From contig NC_087437.1 in the NCBI RefSeq assembly GCF_036321535.1, positions 112,284,001 to 112,348,000 on the forward strand: a stretch of DNA of 64,000 nt, in the 5' to 3' direction. Positions 60,733 through 64,000 of the stretch are shown here, one piece after another (position 1 is the stretch's first letter; every line of letters begins with the position of its first letter). The DNA is from Camelus dromedarius. Its lineage: Eukaryota. Below the pieces are notes generated by a model. The model searched no databases and had not been told where the DNA came from. It saw only the letters and a list, made by a program, of their open reading frames with translations. The position numbers were made by a program, and so were the translations under genes.

Positions 60733-61900
60733 AAAGCAAGTTATTTCTACTCTCTGCTGGAGAATCCCTGGGGGACCAAACACATCTTTGATCTTTCTGG
60801 CCAGAGGCATCCGGTTTAAAGCAGATCTTGGTTGGCTCTTCGCTTGTAAAGGCCCCGTCAGTGGGAATTTTCCTCTTAAGGGAGCACATTGGGAACTTGC
60901 CAGGGCCCTGCCCTGCCCTGCCCCGCCTGGCTTTTCAGACTGTCCTTGTGATGGGCCTGTCAGCACTCGGAGCCCAGGATTTACTGCAGGAAAAGGGCTG
61001 TGTCAGACTGGATGTCCATCTTTGCCTTGTCTTCTAGACTGAAAACTGAAATTCCATTCTTCAGTCTCTTCCCCATGTAGCTTAATCAGGCTATGCTCAC
61101 TTACAAGGTGGTATGTATTTTTCCTGAAGGATAGTATAGTGCCTCAGTTACAATATTGATAGTCCTTAGGCTGGATATAATCTAAGAATTTATGTAAAAG
61201 ATTTGTATTATTACAGCCAGCAATAACATTTACTATTAAAACATAATATAGATGAATATGTATGTAAATGGTGACTTGGGTCTTAGACCTACACATACAC
61301 ACACGATGTGGACCGTTTTCCAGTACAGCCATAAAGTACTTACTAACATAGATTCTAATTAGAAAATTATAAATGCTACTCCAGAAATAAACACTTCAGG
61401 GTCTGACCAGAAATTTGTAACCTATAAAAAAGTTATTTTTAAAATATGATTTAGAGTTTGTATCTTTCCCTTAAACTGTGACCTTCAAAGCAGCCTCAGA
61501 TTGCTGTTAAAAATTTGGAGAACTTACAGCAGCTTTTCCTTCCTCCCCACCTCCTCCTTACGTAACCCTTGGACTACCTGGCATCTTTGTGTGTGTTTCT
61601 TGTGGTGTCTGCCCCGCCTCCCCGCCCCAGGAGACCGGAAGCCCTGAGAGCAGAGATTTCCTTTTATTCATTTCTGTAGCCCGAGCACCCTTGCACGTAG
61701 AAACACAGACAATAATAGTTCTCAAATGACCGAAATCTAAAAGTTGAACCAAGTAGGTGTTTCTGACACTTTGTATGTCTTGTTGAACTGGAGAAGAACA
61801 TACCCGTATTTCCAATGTTTTTATTCAGTGAACTTTTGTATCTTACTTCATTTGCGTTTTTGTCTTAACCCAATTTGCTATTTGTTAAACAGTTTTTTAC

Positions 61901-61950
61901 AATAAACACTCAGGCCAGAAGCCTTGGATTTTGTGGTGGTTGTGCTTGAA
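61901..61950 (+). terminator. IFNAR1: Probable IFNAR1 polyadenylation signal (3' UTR ~2.4 kb)
   Basis: AATAAA at 61901-61906, with U-rich sequence upstream and a GU-rich element downstream (TTTTGTGGTGGTTGTG). Another AATAAA lies at 61386-61391. Confidence 0.55.
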
Positions 61951-63503
61951 TTGATTAAACTTCTGTGCATCACAGCTACTGCAACGAATGCCTTCACGAG
62001 GTATTCATAGCAGGGCTGCTGCCCACACCTGGTGTGGCCGTGTCCGGGGTTGGGATCCTGAAGGACTCACCGCTGCTGCCACCGCCCCATGAAGCTCCCA
62101 GTCAGGGACCCCGCTTGCTGGCTCTTTGCCTTTTCACCTCTGCTTAAGACTTGGCTGGAGCACAGCCTTGACTTAATGGGTTTGCGGCAGTGTCGCAGAC
62201 CCTGCTCTCTCAAATGTTCCTTCTACCATCATTTCTTCTCAGGATAAGCTCTTTCGAAGGACACTCACCAGTCGCACGTGTAAGTAGATCTGCCATCCAG
62301 ACATTTGAGTCTGAAGTTAAAACACCATTGACATTCAAGCTGGGAACCCTTCTAGAAGAGTTTGTGTTTTTAGTAAGCTCCCTCAAATGTTTTTTTCCAA
62401 AATGTACGGGGAAGTAAATATTTTAAATTCATCTCTGATGCCCAAGAAATGCCCTGTTACTTAACAGTAATAACAGACACCACTAACATCCAGTTTCTTC
62501 ACCTGAGGGAGAAAAGGCAAGAAGAGAGAATTTGATACATTTTTCGTGCAAAGGGGATACCAGTTTCCTGCCCTCTCAGTGTTCTGTCCCTGCTTAGAAT
62601 TCATGTTTTAACAGGAAATGTCTTCTGGATGAAGTAATTGACACAGACCAAGAAAAGAAAAAGTGAGCAGAGCAGATATTCTGGCTTAGAAAAAGGTCTT
62701 GGGAAGAGGGAGGAAATGAAAAAATGACATCTCGTGATAGCAGACTTAAATTGAACATTTCTTCTCAGAGACTCTCACCACTCCCACCCCCGACTCCCAA
62801 CCCTCCCCCACCAAATTTCCTAAATCCATCAGAGAGGAGGGAGCTGAGGGGAAAGTGAATGACTGAATCAGAAAAACATTTTCCTATCTCTCCAGTAGAA
62901 AAATGGCCCATTTTTCCAAAAGACTGGAATTAGTCCTTAAATATGTAACAAATATAGCGTGTCTTTTTGCATACTCAACTCTATTGTCCGTTCCCAGATT
63001 TTATAACGCTTTAATACTCTGGAATTTAACATTTTAAAAGATACGGTTATGAGTTTTTAAGAACAAAGGTGTGTCATCCACTCTGCAGTCTTCCTAGAAG
63101 ACCACCATGTACACGCATAGAAGTTGCCTTTGTGCCCATATGTATATGTACGTCTGTCCAGCTCGCTCCCGAGGAGAGATTTTATAGCATTTGCCAACAT
63201 AGATCCCCCTCTGCTAGGTGGCAAGCTCCATGAAAGCAAGGACTATCTTTTCTTTTTTTAACTTTGTAGCTGACACTTGGGAAGTGTTTAATAAGTGATT
63301 AAGCCGAGCGTTGAATTACATACTTCGACTGGATTCGCCACTAGAGGGAGGCAAGTCGCCCTATTTAGGTTCACAACTAGCTGGTATTTTGGAAACAGAT
63401 TCCTGAATGGCTGTGTCATGAGGAAACAACGCGTAGCTAAGGACTATGTATACCGTTTAGAGTGTCTAGATTTAATGTGTAGCCAAAGGCTGTGTATGCT
63501 GTT

Positions 63504-63919
63504 TAGAGTGGCTAGATTTAACAGAAATACGGGACACCCAGTTCAATTTGAATTAAATTTTAATCTCAGGTAAACAGTAATTTTTTAGTATAAGTGTGTC
63601 TCAAATATTGCACGGGACATCACTAAAATTTTGTTGTATAATGCTTTGAATAGTCTGGCATTTTACTTAAAGAAAGAAATGGTTATGATTTTTTTTAATA
63701 TGAAAGTATATTGTTCCCTCTTCGAAGTCTTCTAAATGACTTCTACCACGTAAACATGGAGAAATCTTTGTGCCCCATCTAATCTCAGATGAACAACAAA
63801 AACCTTTTTAGCGTATGTCCCATGCAGTATTTGGGACATACTTACACAGAACATTATCCATCTGTTTATGTGAAACTCACATGTTACTGGATGTCCTGTA
63901 TTTTAATCTGGCAACCCTG
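63504..63919. mobile_element. MER53-like palindromic hAT MITE pieces
   Basis: AAATACGGGACACCCAGTT...; GTCCCATGCAGTATTTGGGACATACTT; terminus CCTGTATTTTAATCTGGCAACCCT. Confidence 0.65.
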
Positions 63920-64000
63920 GTAACGTTAGCTTTAAAAAGTACTGTTAGGCCCTCCCAACCCCCCAAAACCAATATAAATAATGCTTCATACAGAAATTTA

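Noticed and set aside
1..64000. Prokaryotic systems (CRISPR arrays, operons, rRNA)
   Set aside because: The sequence is mammalian, with spliced genes and LINE/SINE/LTR repeats. No repeat-spacer array or rRNA was seen.

Overview
Mammalian (eukaryotic) genomic DNA from the class II cytokine receptor cluster. It holds the last coding exon and 3' UTR of IL10RB (4336-~5050), a ~33 kb repeat-rich intergenic region, and the complete 11-exon IFNAR1 gene on the + strand (ATG 38602 to TGA 59534; 1698 nt CDS, 565 aa, all introns GT-AG). The intergenic region contains a degraded near-full-length L1, a decayed class I ERV with nested solo LTRs, and a 1 kb retrocopy. The tRNA-derived SINEs look like the camelid Vic-1 type, which suggests camel, llama or alpaca (inference). 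The most unusual structure is a 521 bp inverted repeat with no mismatch that I could find (2275-2795 / 19331-19851). It brackets the IL10RB terminal exon, and its outer flanks are only ~70% identical. This pattern suggests an old duplication kept identical by gene conversion or recurrent inversion, and candidate alternative terminal exons sit next to the distal arm. Repeat family names are from recognition by eye, not from a database search.
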